The notes below the pieces were generated by a model. It saw nothing but the letters and a program-made list of their open reading frames with translations, had not been told where the DNA came from and did not search any database. A stretch of DNA of 64,000 nt, taken from the NCBI GenBank assembly GCA_964658305.1, contig OZ210885.1, positions 18,848,001 through 18,912,000 of the forward strand. The letters are read 5' to 3'. The position numbers were made by a program, and so were the translations under genes. Source of the stretch: Leptogorgia sarmentosa. Taxonomy: Eukaryota. Of this stretch, positions 12,310 through 23,916 are shown piece after piece (positions within the stretch are counted from its first letter, which is position 1; every line of letters starts with the position of its first letter).

Positions 12310-14412
12310 TCATGCGAACTCAATTCTCAGCGCCCATATCCCGAATGGTGGCACTCCAGCTGTGAACACGTTGCTGGATGCAGATCCAGGGATAAATATC
12401 CCACTGTACGTTGGGAGGTTTAAACTGCCCTTTACGAAGGATTTCCAGGTTTGTCCTTTTCCCTTCGAGATAAGGAGGGGCCACCATGGGGCCGAAGGCC
12501 AGGAGGGTATGACTAGTGAACCATTTTCTTTACCCAGACGCATGTGGTGCAGAACACGTGGAATCAAGTAAGGAGGAGGGAAAAGCCAGTTGTTTTCATT
12601 TGCCCATGATACTGTAAAGGCGTCTGTGGTATCACAACCAGGATTCAGGTGCCGACTGCTGAAACGTGGCAGCTGTCTAGTCTTTAGGCTAGCAAACCGG
12701 TCATACGAATGAGGCCCCCACAGCTCATCGACCATGCGGAAACACGCGGGGTCTAGCATGTAGTCATCCGGGTCGTCCAACCGAGATAAACTGTCCGCAG
12801 TAGTATTAGCGTCACGACTCACCCATTCGGCGGTTAAACGAATGTTATGCAACCTGCAAATCTGGTATATCAGGATTGCCTCCCTATGCAGTTCAGGGAC
12901 CCGACTCCCTACCGTCATTATCCGCTCGGCGCTCTGATTGTCCGTCCTATGCCTCACCTCTTTACCCTCCAAGTGAGTGGCAAGGGATTCCAACACCAGC
13001 CGTGCACCTCTCAATTCACGAAAAGTGGAGCTCTTCACACTTTCCTCTGCAGACCAACAGCCCACCGCCTTTTGGTCACCCAGTTGTACAGCATAGCCTC
13101 CCCATGCCACATCGCTCGCGTCCGAATACGACAGCACTTCGACTTTTGGACTAGCCTTCCAAATAGGTTGGCCACTATTTTCAAAGTTCTCCTGCCAGAA
13201 CAGTATTTCCACTTTCGCCTCCTCAGATAGTAGAAACCTTCTATCCCATGAACTTGATTGCTGAATAGTCCGGTAAAGCTCCCGTGTCCAAAGACGAACA
13301 ATCGCCCCCAGGGCTAACCCCATAGATGAAAGTGAGCCAGTAACTTTTGCTAGCTGACGTGCTGACACAACAAAGCCACTGTCTATGATCTGTTGCAGGA
13401 CGCACCTAAAACTAGTCACTCGTCTTTCGGGTACGCTGAACAGGCCAGAAGCTAGATCGACCATAAAACCTAGGAGCTCTCCGTACTGAAGTGGCTCCCA
13501 CTGGCTCTTTTCTTCATTAGCTATGAAACCGCTCGCTCGAACATCCTGGCGCACTTGCATGGAAGTCTCCCTGGCATCGGCAAGGTTGCTCTCCGCGCCT
13601 GCACCGTCGTCTAAATACGTAAAAATACGGATGCCCTGTGCCCTCCAGTGCTTAACCAGGGCTTTCTGCACTTTCGTGAACAGGAATGGGGCGCTTGCTA
13701 GTCCGAACGGCAACACTGTAAATTGGAAATACTTCTGCTGACCATTTAGAACCCAAGCACATCCTAAGAACTGAGTATGCGCTGGAAATATTTCAACATG
13801 GTGGTATCCACTCGTGTAGTCGAATTTGAAAAACCAGTCACCTTGTTGGAATAGGTCGCTAGCCGTTCTAATGTCTTCGTACTTAAACTTTTGCACTCTT
13901 AAATGACTGTTTATAAAGCGCAAGTCCAAAATTAACCTTGGCTTTCCTGAGGAATTTTTTGCAACACTAAGAGGGCTACAAACAGATATATCATGTTTCC
14001 CGACTTCCACTAAAGCCCCGGACGCCAAGAGCTTGTCAATTTCACCCGAAACAAAGTCAAAATTGTTGATTGCACTGGCATGATTATCAAACAGTTTATG
14101 CTCAGGCAGTTCCACAAAAGGTAAACAATAACCACAACGAATAATATCTAAGACCCAAGAACTGGCTCCAATGTCCTGCCAGAATTGTAAGTTCTCACGC
14201 AATCGTCCTTTGACTATAACAGCGGAGTGATTATTAATGTTATCGCATACCTCCTCATCACACAGTGCTGGCCCAGGCTGACATTCAGTTCTGGTTGGAG
14301 GTTCGCATGTTAGTTGCCGTACTGGAGATGACGTAACGGGCGTTTGCTGAGCGGCAGTCTCTGGCGATATGACCTGGTCGCCCGCAACGAAAACACGTGA
14401 TACCGGTTTCAC
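12310..14412 (-). CDS. Ngaro reverse transcriptase-RNase H-methyltransferase-like polyprotein
   Basis: 700-aa ORF: RLILDLR, VLPFGL, YLDD, SDAS, ELRG, TDN, ADSLSR, DRFAS, FPPP, WWPLL. Confidence 0.92.
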   Translation of the reverse strand: MKPVSRVFVAGDQVISPETAAQQTPVTSSPVRQLTCEPPTRTECQPGPALCDEEVCDNINNHSAVIVKGRLRENLQFWQDIGASSWVLDIIRCGYCLPFVELPEHKLFDNHASAINNFDFVSGEIDKLLASGALVEVGKHDISVCSPLSVAKNSSGKPRLILDLRFINSHLRVQKFKYEDIRTASDLFQQGDWFFKFDYTSGYHHVEIFPAHTQFLGCAWVLNGQQKYFQFTVLPFGLASAPFLFTKVQKALVKHWRAQGIRIFTYLDDGAGAESNLADARETSMQVRQDVRASGFIANEEKSQWEPLQYGELLGFMVDLASGLFSVPERRVTSFRCVLQQIIDSGFVVSARQLAKVTGSLSSMGLALGAIVRLWTRELYRTIQQSSSWDRRFLLSEEAKVEILFWQENFENSGQPIWKASPKVEVLSYSDASDVAWGGYAVQLGDQKAVGCWSAEESVKSSTFRELRGARLVLESLATHLEGKEVRHRTDNQSAERIMTVGSRVPELHREAILIYQICRLHNIRLTAEWVSRDANTTADSLSRLDDPDDYMLDPACFRMVDELWGPHSYDRFASLKTRQLPRFSSRHLNPGCDTTDAFTVSWANENNWLFPPPYLIPRVLHHMRLGKENGSLVIPSWPSAPWWPLLISKGKGQTWKSFVKGSLNLPTYSGIFIPGSASSNVFTAGVPPFGIWALRIEFA

Positions 14413-15181
14413 GTGGCATGTTTGAGACGAACTTTCCCGCCTTGAAGTTCCCCAACGGTGTTTTTCCCCCGCTCTGAAACGGCTTTTGTGGCGCTCGGTG
14501 CTGTTCTTTCGCCTTCGAACGAGAAGCTTCGACTCTCCTTTCGTTGCGTAGGGCTTTGCTCTCCTTAACAGCCTTTCTTATTTTCTTTTCGTCCTCGGAG
14601 TCGCTCGCAAGAGGTTCCGCTGTATAGCATTGCACCGTATCCCAGCCGAACTTTTCTGCGAGTAAAATATGCTTATTTCGCTCTGTGAGTAATTTCTTAC
14701 CTTCCGAGAGCTCGTTTCGTGCTTCATCTCCGTCGTCCGTCGCGAGAGCCCGGTCGAGATGATCTACAACCGTTTTGTTAAGCCGATATTGGGTCTTGTT
14801 CCCCTCGAAGCGAAACTCAGGTTCCGCAAGCTTCGCAGTCGCTGCAGTTACGGTCGAACCACACTTGGACTTCGCCGCGATATCCGCTTTTATCCTCTTC
14901 AATTCCTGTGCATTCTGCCGTTGCTGGGTCAGTAACTCTGTTGCCCATGCCGGTGGTTCCTCCGGCGATCGAGATCTAGGCGCACTTCGTTCTCGGCGCT
15001 GCGTGCGATCACCGCTTCCCTCTCGATCTTGCCCAGACGAACGTGAGCGGCTTCGCGATTTGCTTCGACTAGCATTATCGCTAGCCCTCCTCTCACTACG
15101 CAAGCCTGGACTTTTATTGTACGGTTCAAGCCGCTGCACTGCTCGAGACGACTTCCCCGACGTTTGTCCAGACTTACCCAT
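14285..15181 (-). CDS. Ngaro gag-like protein with CCHC zinc knuckle
   Basis: MGKSGQ...CFRCGRPGHIARDC; overlaps the start of the pol ORF. Confidence 0.85.
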   Translation of the reverse strand: MGKSGQTSGKSSRAVQRLEPYNKSPGLRSERRASDNASRSKSRSRSRSSGQDREGSGDRTQRRERSAPRSRSPEEPPAWATELLTQQRQNAQELKRIKADIAAKSKCGSTVTAATAKLAEPEFRFEGNKTQYRLNKTVVDHLDRALATDDGDEARNELSEGKKLLTERNKHILLAEKFGWDTVQCYTAEPLASDSEDEKKIRKAVKESKALRNERRVEASRSKAKEQHRAPQKPFQSGGKTPLGNFKAGKFVSNMPRETGITCFRCGRPGHIARDCRSANARYVISSTATNMRTSNQN

Positions 15182-16585
15182 AACCAACAAAGAGAAATAG
15201 ACCGAAAATAAATGAATAAAAACCGCTTTATTATAAGACACGTCAAGCAATGGCGGAAGCAACAACAAAATGTGCTTCCCCAACCCGCACAGCCCGATCA
15301 TAAACATCGGGCTGGCCCCCAGGAGTGTGTGAGAAAACATTTTCTGCTTCTTTCGTTCCTCAGCCAGCAGAAAATTACACATTTCGCGGGAAAATTTAAA
15401 TATGCGCGCGAATATTGTAATTTCATAAATAGAGTGCTATAGGTCGCCGATTGCATTAAAAATCAACTAATTAAACTAAAGTATCGAAGTAGATATTGTG
15501 TCTGTTGCTACTACCCGTACTACAGAACGGTTGTTCACTCCACTGATTGTATTATAAAGAAATGTAAGATTAAGCATGTCGAAGTCGTTAAGCTCTACCG
15601 AGAGGAAACACTTTAATGTATGTAATCTTTGTAATCATCAACAGTAAATCAATAACGATATATAAAAACAGTAGTAATAATAGTCTCACACTAAATCATA
15701 TATATACCGAGGATATACTGTTTTCTCTCTATTTAGCCCCCTGTCAAATAACCCCCCCCCCTTCTCCAATAAGCCTCCCCTAGCATGTTCTGTTATTTTT
15801 TAAATATTTTTTTATATGATATACTGAACTGTGTAATGATTTTGAGTTTTATTACAGTTCAAAGACATAGTCTCCATTGCTGATTTTATGGATAAATAAA
15901 TAAGCCCTCAATTAAGCCCCCCCCCTCTCCAATAAGCCCCTCCTATAAAGGTCCTGAATAGAGTTATTACCCTGTAACCAATAATGGGGCGTGGTCCCTA
16001 TTTCTAATGAGAAAGTAACATAGTAACAAGTTTAAATCTTCGTTGCGGTATTATTATGCGACAACGGTGATAAAACTTGACAATGAAAAACACTTCGTCA
16101 CTATCCAGGTGATCTCGATACACGGAAAAGGACTGGGACTAGCTGTCAAATAGAAATCCATTTTTCGACCGAAACAACTGAATATCTCTCATAATATACT
16201 TTATTTCGATTCCATATTCTTGTCAGAGCTATAGTTCTCATAACCAAACATAATTACAAAATTTCAAGTAGTTTCGTACAGAATAACGAAAGATATAATC
16301 GTGTGAATATAGCGAAATGGATTTCTATTCGGGCAACCCTTTCTGAGCGCTGATTGGCTGAAACACGAATGCGAGATCATCTGGATTATATATAAGTACA
16401 GAAATATGAACGTTGTTCTCAAAACATTATAGGTTTCCTTCCTCAGGCGCAATTCAAGAAAATTTACTTCGTATGACATAAACAACTTTAGCAGACGTGA
16501 TGCTTTTGAATGTTCTATCCCGCCAACATCTGCGAAGAACTGGAAGTCAGCAAAGCTTGAATGCTATTCTGAGTCTCAGCAACTT

Positions 16586-18430
16586 TTGGACCCATTTGCC
16601 GTGAAATCTCTTCCATCGGAAGATCAATTATATTCATGGAAAAACGACATTAACAGCAATGTGAAAATGACATGGCGATACATTGAGACCTTTGCAGGAA
16701 GGTTAGACAACGATTGCATCAACGTTCTATTGAAGTTGCACACCGCCAAAAAGATCCAAGCGGCAGTAGAGCAAGAGGTCGTCTGGTTTTCCAAAGCGTA
16801 CAATAAGCCACCAACAGTATCCCAACATCCACCACCTTCCTCGGTTGCAAGATTTCAGGAAATGCTTTACTCTAACAGATACGACAAAATATGTGAAAAC
16901 CATGGTATGACAGCGACGGAATTAGCAATGATATGCGTTAATCGTTGGATTTCTTCAGATCACGTAACCTGGGTTATGGAAGCTTTAACAGAATCGCAAA
17001 CAGACACTTATTGTATTTTTCTAAATGGAGCACTTAACTCAAACCTCAAAACCTTACGCAGATTTAGAAATGAGGGGACTGACCTACCATCCAAATTGAT
17101 GTTCGCACTTAATGTTGGCCGAGATGAATGGGGGATCTTCCTTGGTTCTGATGAGAAACAAGGTTGTCATTGGAGGTTATGTCATGTCGACATTGCTGCA
17201 AAGAAGCTTGTCTATGGGGATTCTCTTGCCTGGCCCTTTCCAAGTGGTCTACTTTCCAGAGTGGACAAGTATCTTAAGGCTGTCTGTAAAGATGATGACA
17301 TTTCCAACTACACAACTGTTATGTTGCATGATCCTCAAAACCAGTGTCCCATGTCTGGCATGCATCGCTGTGGAGAGTCTTGCGCGGACTTCTACCCTCT
17401 GCAAACATGTTGCAATATATGTGGAGTTGTTGTGATTAAAAGTAAAAGCAAAAGCAGCAGATGATAAAAGGCTTTGAAGTTTCAGATGAAGTTGTAATGA
17501 AGATTATAGAGCCTAATGGCCAGCTTGTTACAGAGAATGACATTCACCTTGATGAAGATCACCCACCAGCAGAAGCACTGAATTGCAACATAATGTCCAT
17601 CAAATGCCACTTAAATCCAGATGCCTGGAAAAAAGTCATCTATTCATGTATGTAACTAAGATTAGGGTCACTACTATCCACCTTGGGTGATTCAAGCACT
17701 GTCCCCGCGATCCTGTGGGGGGGGGGGGGGATACTTGAATTTGACAATCTGCTAGGGCAAAAAGTGAAAGCGTGGGGATATTATTATCCACAAAATGTAA
17801 ACTTATTCATGCCAGTAAGTACAAGGCAAAGCAAGTACATAAGCAAGTACATTAGAGGGCGGGGGGGGGGGGGGATGACCACTTGGAAAATTTTATTGAA
17901 GTACAAGATATCATATTATGACCAATACTATGAATGTCTTTTCCAATAATATAAAATGTTTCCCTATTTTAACAGTTCAAGAACTACAAAAAGAGTGGAA
18001 GTGTTCCACATGCGAGAAGGCTAGATATGAGGACATGATTATGTGTGATTCCTGTTCAACCTGGCACCACTGGTAAGCTCATAGCATTTTGGTGGTGGTT
18101 ATAACTAATAGTTGGGGGTAGCACCCCCTGCACCCCCTGCACCCCCTCCCTCTGCAGAAAATCCAACCATGGTTCATAGTGAACTGATTTAAACTATTTT
18201 AAATTAATTGTTGCACATTGGATATTTTTATATAATTTGCCAATTATTTTGTAGATATTAACTGTGTCTCATTGCCACAGTGAAACAGGTTTTACTTCTT
18301 CTACTTGTAAAACACACATTATATATCACCATAATTATTACATTTTTTTGTTTTCTCAAATTAGGGATTGCGTGAAAATTGAAAGTGAGGATGATGAGTG
18401 GTATTGCCAGATGTGTGAGGACCTAAATTA
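16586..18430 (+). pseudogene. Ulp1/SENP-like (C48) protease plus spliced PHD finger, cargo of the MULE-like element
   Basis: RWISSDHV, CHWRLCHVD, YGDSL, PLQTCCNICG. PHD split by an intron at 18073-18364: CSTC...CDSCSTWHHW|DC...WYCQMC. Confidence 0.7.
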
Positions 18431-19223
18431 GGTCATTTTGAGGTTAAAGGGGTTAACCATTATCCGGCTATGTGCCCTGATGTGCATGACTTAATATCGT
18501 CCTTACTAATTCCTGGGCAGGCATTTAATAAATCAATTGTTAAGAAATGCCAGTTAATGGTTTATTGATAGCTGCAACTCTCTTCCGTGTATATATTGTA
18601 TATAATATGTATATATTGTGTATATTGTATATATTCTATGTAATAGATAGACACTATAAATTTAATATTTTGTTAAAATTATAAAGATTATTCAAGATAT
18701 TTTATACTTGCCCTTTCAATGAACAGGAAACAAACAAACACGTTTACACAAATTTGAAGATTATTAAATTGTACGTCGTACCACTTTAGCTTTGTACTTA
18801 CTTACTAAAAGGATCGAAAGGTACACATAACAAAACACGGTACACTATCCAAGAAAATCACTACTATCCATTATTATTCAACAAAATCTCAGGTGAAACA
18901 CTTACTATCCATTACTATCCATTACTATCCAACAGAATCCCCGGTGTTCACGCAAGTGTGCAATTCTTGATTTAGCCGTTAGTGTAGTCGAGCGTGTGCT
19001 AATGTGACTCATGTTTTGAAGGTATGTTTGACCCATATGCATGTATTTCTTGTTAGTAATGTATATATTTACAGTCAAACCGGATGTTGTGTTCCCCTGA
19101 ATATTGCAACACGCCTGTCAATTTAGCCATATTCATTGGCTAATTGCCCCGCGCAATTTGCAATTCGAAAATTCAAATTGCAATTTGAAAGTCTTAGGTT
19201 CCTCGACAGTTCTTGCTTGCGAC

Positions 19224-20228
19224 ATGTTCACACAAAAAAATAAAACGACTTCTTTACCAACTCGAGAACGTGTTGTAACATTATGCCAGCAAGGTGAAAG
19301 CTTCAAAAGCATTGCTTCTAAATTGGGAATATCGAACAGGACAGCGTCGAACATCGTAACAAATGTTGCCGAAAGGGGACATTTACTGGCATTACGACCC
19401 GGTGGAAAGGAGAGGCACATCGCCAATCCCAATGTAGTTGAGCATATTGAGTATCAAAAATTAGATAAACCGAGCACAACTACAGTAGAATTACAAGCTG
19501 CTCTGGTACGCGATGGAGTATGTACTCCTGAAAACCTTCCCTCCAGATCAACGATAAGCAACATTTTACGTAAGGATTCACAATATACTTACAAAAAATT
19601 GCATGTAGTACCTGAGGAATCTCGCACAGAGACAAATCAAGCACGAATGTTAAATTATATAATGGAGATGAGTGAAATTGACTGAAATAGAGTTCACTTT
19701 TTCGATGAATGCTCAGTCAAAACAACGACTGGAAATCGCATTTATGGCCACGCGCGAGAAGGAAAGCCTGCGATAGAGATAAAGCGATATGCTTCCCATT
19801 GCAATTATACTGTAAATCTATTACAAAGTGTGTTTGGTATCACCAACTTTGGAATTTTAGAAGGAGCATCTAATGGCCTGGAAATGCTCCATTTTTTCAA
19901 TGAAAGCTTGCAAATTGTCGATCCAATTTATGGCAATCCCGTTTTATCAAATGGAGATGTTGTTGTGATGGATAATTGTGGATTCCATCACGGCAGGTTT
20001 GCTGAAACAGAATTACGACGAATTTTAAGTGAAAGAGGAGTCACTTTGATATTCCAACCTCTATATTCCCCAGAATTCAACACTTGCGAATTTAGCTTTA
20101 CAGTTCTTAAACAGTATTTGAGAAAACACGAGCATTTATTGATAAATTTTACCGAAGTGGCAATATTGCGTGCATTAACACCAGAGATGTGTCGCAGGTT
20201 TTTCCATCACTGTGGGTTCTTAGTTTAA
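19224..20228 (+). pseudogene. IS630/Tc1-type DDE transposase with paired-like HTH; stop at 19683
   Basis: FFDECS, VMDNCGFH, PLYSPEFNTCE; I count 38 residues between the second D and the E. Confidence 0.85.
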
Positions 20229-20938
20229 ACCAAAGTTTCTGTAAAAATAAGTTGTACAGTGAATATTTAAACGCAAGAGTTTCAATATACATGTTAATTC
20301 CACATTGTAAATGCTGCATGGTCAAACAAAGATGAGATTGATGAAAGCAAGTCGCGAATTGTCACATGCAGGAGGCAGCTTAAGCCTTACATTGAAAAAA
20401 TGAAAGATTGATGAGTGTTTCGACTATTTTTTTTCACTTCAACATAAAAATACATTACCATTCTGTCCTCGTTTGACCAGGCCTCAATATGTTATATAAT
20501 ATAAATTACCCCTGAATATAAAACAGCTACAACTTTCGTTAAGATAAGAATAACACATGCTATGCCAAGTGAATATACACCATGTAACATAAAAAACAAC
20601 AATTCATGCAAGGTTTTTTGTGACTCATAAATCACAAGTGAACAAAACTAAACAGTTTATCAATGTAAGATATACAACTAATACGAGTTTGTTTTTGAAA
20701 CAGTTTAACTTTGCAATATTGCGACGTCTGCCAGATCGTTCAGCGTTAAATTATGTTGAATTGACTGTTCTCCTATTTCTGAAAATGATCGCATTGTTGG
20801 TGGCATATTCGGAAGTTGCTTATGTTGCCCAAAACTTACATCAGGATGTGTAGAAACAGAGGTGTCATATCGCCCATTTGCAGCAGACAGTTGAGGCGGA
20901 AACGGTCTCCACAACTGCTGCTTTTCGTTTACAGCAAC

Positions 20939-22412
20939 CTAAGGCTCAGTTGACATAGAATTCGTATTTACTTCTGAGAGATTATCTTCTCTTTCGAAAT
21001 AACTGTTGTTTAAAATACGTACCTCCCATCGACTGTCTGACGTCTTTCTACTTTTCCGCCTTTTTTTCTGGTTACGTTTTCGTTTACCACTATGTGAGCG
21101 TTTAAGTCTTCGTCCAACATAATCGTCTGAATCGCTCGATGAGGAGTTTGATAGCAAACTACTAGAACTAGATGACCAAGAAGAACCTCTGCGATCCTTT
21201 ATCTTTAACTTTTTCACGGCCACGGTTGAAGAAACATTGCTAACTTTCACAATTGGTGCAGTAAATTGTCCTACACATGAATATACATTACTAAAAACGT
21301 TTTGTGCATCTCCTTTTTTGCTCAAAGAGTCAGTTCTGTCAAAGTCCTGTTCTTGTTTTTCCAAGAGCTCAAGGAACATGTACCTGTCGTTCGTTGATAC
21401 AGCAGGAGCCTTGTTGCTGCACGCAATGCAAATAGTAGCTATATCTTTCTGCAACTTCATGTTACCCGCGGCTGTTCTCATATCGTAACGGTCTGGAAAC
21501 GCCTTTAATAATCTACCCGTAACTGCAGTCGTAAAAGCTGAGATAGTCTTTGATTAGAAGGCGGCCAGATTTTTTTTATTCTTTTCTATAGTATCAAGCT
21601 CCTCTGCCAGTTTTTTACGCCGCTTATTTAATCTTTTAATTTGTTCGAAATGTTCAGGGTGTTTCCTGCGTTGTCCGCAAGAGATGTATAGAACACACGG
21701 TGGGTTTTTGCATGCAGCTTTGTTTTTGTTTCCTTCGGCGCGATGACCTCTCAAGTGGCAATTTCCACATATTATACTTCTATATTGTCCTTGTTGTGGC
21801 GGTTCGGTGACATTTCTGGACAGCTCTTCAAGTTGGGCATCCACAGCCAAAAGCTCGTCTTCAATTTTTTGACAGTCAGTATTTAGACTGTCTACTTTTG
21901 TCTCTTTCCAGGTACATGCTACTACGTTTTCGTCATCTTCAGATTCGCTGTCAAAAAGTTTGTTCTGTGACTTATGTTCTGCCAATGAGTGTGTTGTCGA
22001 GCGCGAGGTCGAGCGTGCTTGTTCAGCAGAATTTGTGTTTGTTTCACACTTTCGCGTAGCCGTATTTTCTTCGAAACTGACGAGCTTGTCACGTCTGCTT
22101 TTCGCCACAAAAGGTGAATCTATCTCTCTTATCTCAAGCTCGACTCGTTTAAATGTTTCAGCGCCGCAATCATATGCATTTCGGAACGCCTCGCGGAGAA
22201 CCATATCGTCATCGGGAGGAATTGCGATGAACACCCCAAGGTGTGTATCTTTGTAAGCAGTTCGAACGGCTAAAGAATAAAGAAAAAGATAAAGGAACGG
22301 CTTCCTTTATCTTTTGCATTAAATCATAGTGAAATTCAATAGGTTTCTCAGTAAAAAAACACGCATAACGTCCGCCTAAATATGATAATACAACTTGAAA
22401 CTTGTTTGCCAT
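20939..22412 (-). pseudogene. ORF2 of the L31-like element: Cys/His cluster, coiled coil, Ser/basic tail
   Basis: Pieces 22209..22412, 21554..22234 and 20939..21481 (the last two are in frame across one stop). Motif CGNCHLRGH...C...C...CG...HPEH. Confidence 0.7.
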
Positions 22413-22944
22413 ATTTTAATACAGCAAATTGTATTGTCAACACCGACAGAACGTTAGCACGAGCAACTTTTACTCTGGCCGGAAATGAAATGCAACTTGC
22501 TCGCACAAATTGCGTGGGGCAATTAGCCAATGAATATTGCTAAATTGACAGGCATGTTGCAATATTCAGGGGACACAACATCCGGTTTGACTGTAAAATA
22601 AATGATAGTTATTAAATATCCTTTGAGTGTTTTTTGTATGATTCGACATAAATCAATGCGAAATACTTAAAAATACAAATCAAGGTTGCCATATGGCAAC
22701 ATTGGGCACAAGTGGTTATCGAATTACAGTTAAAAGCAGGTTTACATCAGTTTCACAATTTGTTACACAGGGAAATCTATGGATTTAACTGAAGCATTAG
22801 AATTAATTCTACTACCTGGAAATTCATCAGAGTTTGAAGACTCAGATGTTTCAGATGAGCTGGATGTTTCTCAACATGGAGATGTAGATTATATTCCCGA
22901 AAGCGATTTGATTGAAGTTCAAACATATATTGTACTGAATTGAC

Positions 22945-23373
22945 TTGCGGTCAAAGAAGTGGTATATGAGGATTGTTTTATATTGCATCAGTGCTGCTGT
23001 TGTGAACGGATGGATGTTATATTGTCGCCATGCCAAGCAGCTGAGGATCAACCCAGAGTCTGTCCTTCCCCTAAAGGATTTTCAAACCCAGATTGCCTAT
23101 GCCTTGGCAAAGAAGGGGAAACAAATCCAAAGAAAAAGAGGAAGACCCTCTAATTCTCCACAGCCATCCAAAAAGCCCTGTAAAGCAGCTGGCCCAAGAC
23201 CTACTGATGATGTTCGGCATGATAATCTTGCCCATTGGCCAATGCCAGTTGAGAAGAAAATGAGATGCAAAAACTGCATTCATCACTTTTCCAGAATGAA
23301 ATGCAGTAAATCTGATGTAGCACTGTGTCTGAACAAAAACAATAATTGCCTTCTGGATTATCACACTAATTGA
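22945..23373 (+). pseudogene. piggyBac transposase C-terminus with cysteine-rich domain
   Basis: RSKKWYMRI...VVNGWMLY...RCKNC...KCSKSDVALCL...CLLDYH. Confidence 0.85.
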
Positions 23374-23916
23374 CATCTCAATACAGTACAGTACATTTCT
23401 GTAACATTGTTCTTGTGGGTTTATATATGAAAGAGAAGGGTATTTTTATATGTTATATATATATATTTATACTTTAATGTTTTATATAGGCTTTATAATT
23501 CATAAGTTTTAGTTGTCTCTTAAAATAGAAATTCTAAAAATTATTGTTTAGTGTTGCTTTCTTCCCAATGTTGCTATATGGCAACATTGCACTGTTTCCA
23601 TGGAAACAGAACTTTGCACCAAAAACTTAGTCATGCCTGGTCCCTTTGGTATAATTAACATATTTTAGTTTGAAAAATTTTTTTTTAACTAGTAGTATTA
23701 ATTTGGGAGTGAAAGGGTTAAATTTTGAGATTTAAATTTGCTTAGGTTTCAAAATTTATACATTTGCTTAGGTCGTACTCAAACCAAACGGGGTTCTGCA
23801 TTCCCGATTACTTAGAGAGATGTTTTTCAGTAAAAACCAAATTGTTCTGGGGGCCACTTTTTTTTCCACCCCCTGTAAAACAAATAATTAATGTTTTCAA
23901 TAATGTAACTTGTAGA

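Larger units (their letters stand above)
10286..15380 (-). mobile_element. Ngaro-type YR retrotransposon, apparently intact
   Basis: Split direct repeats A1 (15237-15380) ... B1 (10616-10657), A2 (10472-10615), B2 (10286-10327). Open gag, RT-RH and YR frames. Confidence 0.92.
10149..18983. mobile_element. MULE/Mutator-like element carrying an Ulp1-PHD remnant
   Basis: TIR actaacggctaaattaagaattgcgcacttgc versus gcaagtgtgcaattcttgatttagccgttagt; 9-bp TSD GTAGTCGAG at 10140-10148 and 18984-18992. No transposase was seen, so the superfamily is inferred from TSD length. Confidence 0.7.
19072..22593. mobile_element. Two-ORF IS630/Tc1/mariner element (L31-like)
   Basis: About 90-bp TIRs (cagtcaaaccggatgttgtg...), TA on both flanks, convergent transposase and ORF2. 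Confidence 0.85.
9948..23717 (+). mobile_element. Deleted piggyBac element
   Basis: TTAA|CCCTTT...AAAGGG|TTAA ends. Internal gccatatggcaaca-like repeats at about 9967, 22688 and 23574. Transposase C-terminal remnant present. Confidence 0.85.
9860..23875. mobile_element. Non-autonomous Tc1/mariner-type element (shell around the piggyBac)
   Basis: TIR cagggggtggacaaaaaaagtggccctcagaacaatt versus aattgttctgggggccac(t)nccaccccctg; TA on both flanks. Confidence 0.8.

Noticed and set aside
15182..15382. N-terminal extension of gag shown in the ORF track
   Set aside because: It is read-through of terminal repeat A1; the likely start is the ATG at 15181.
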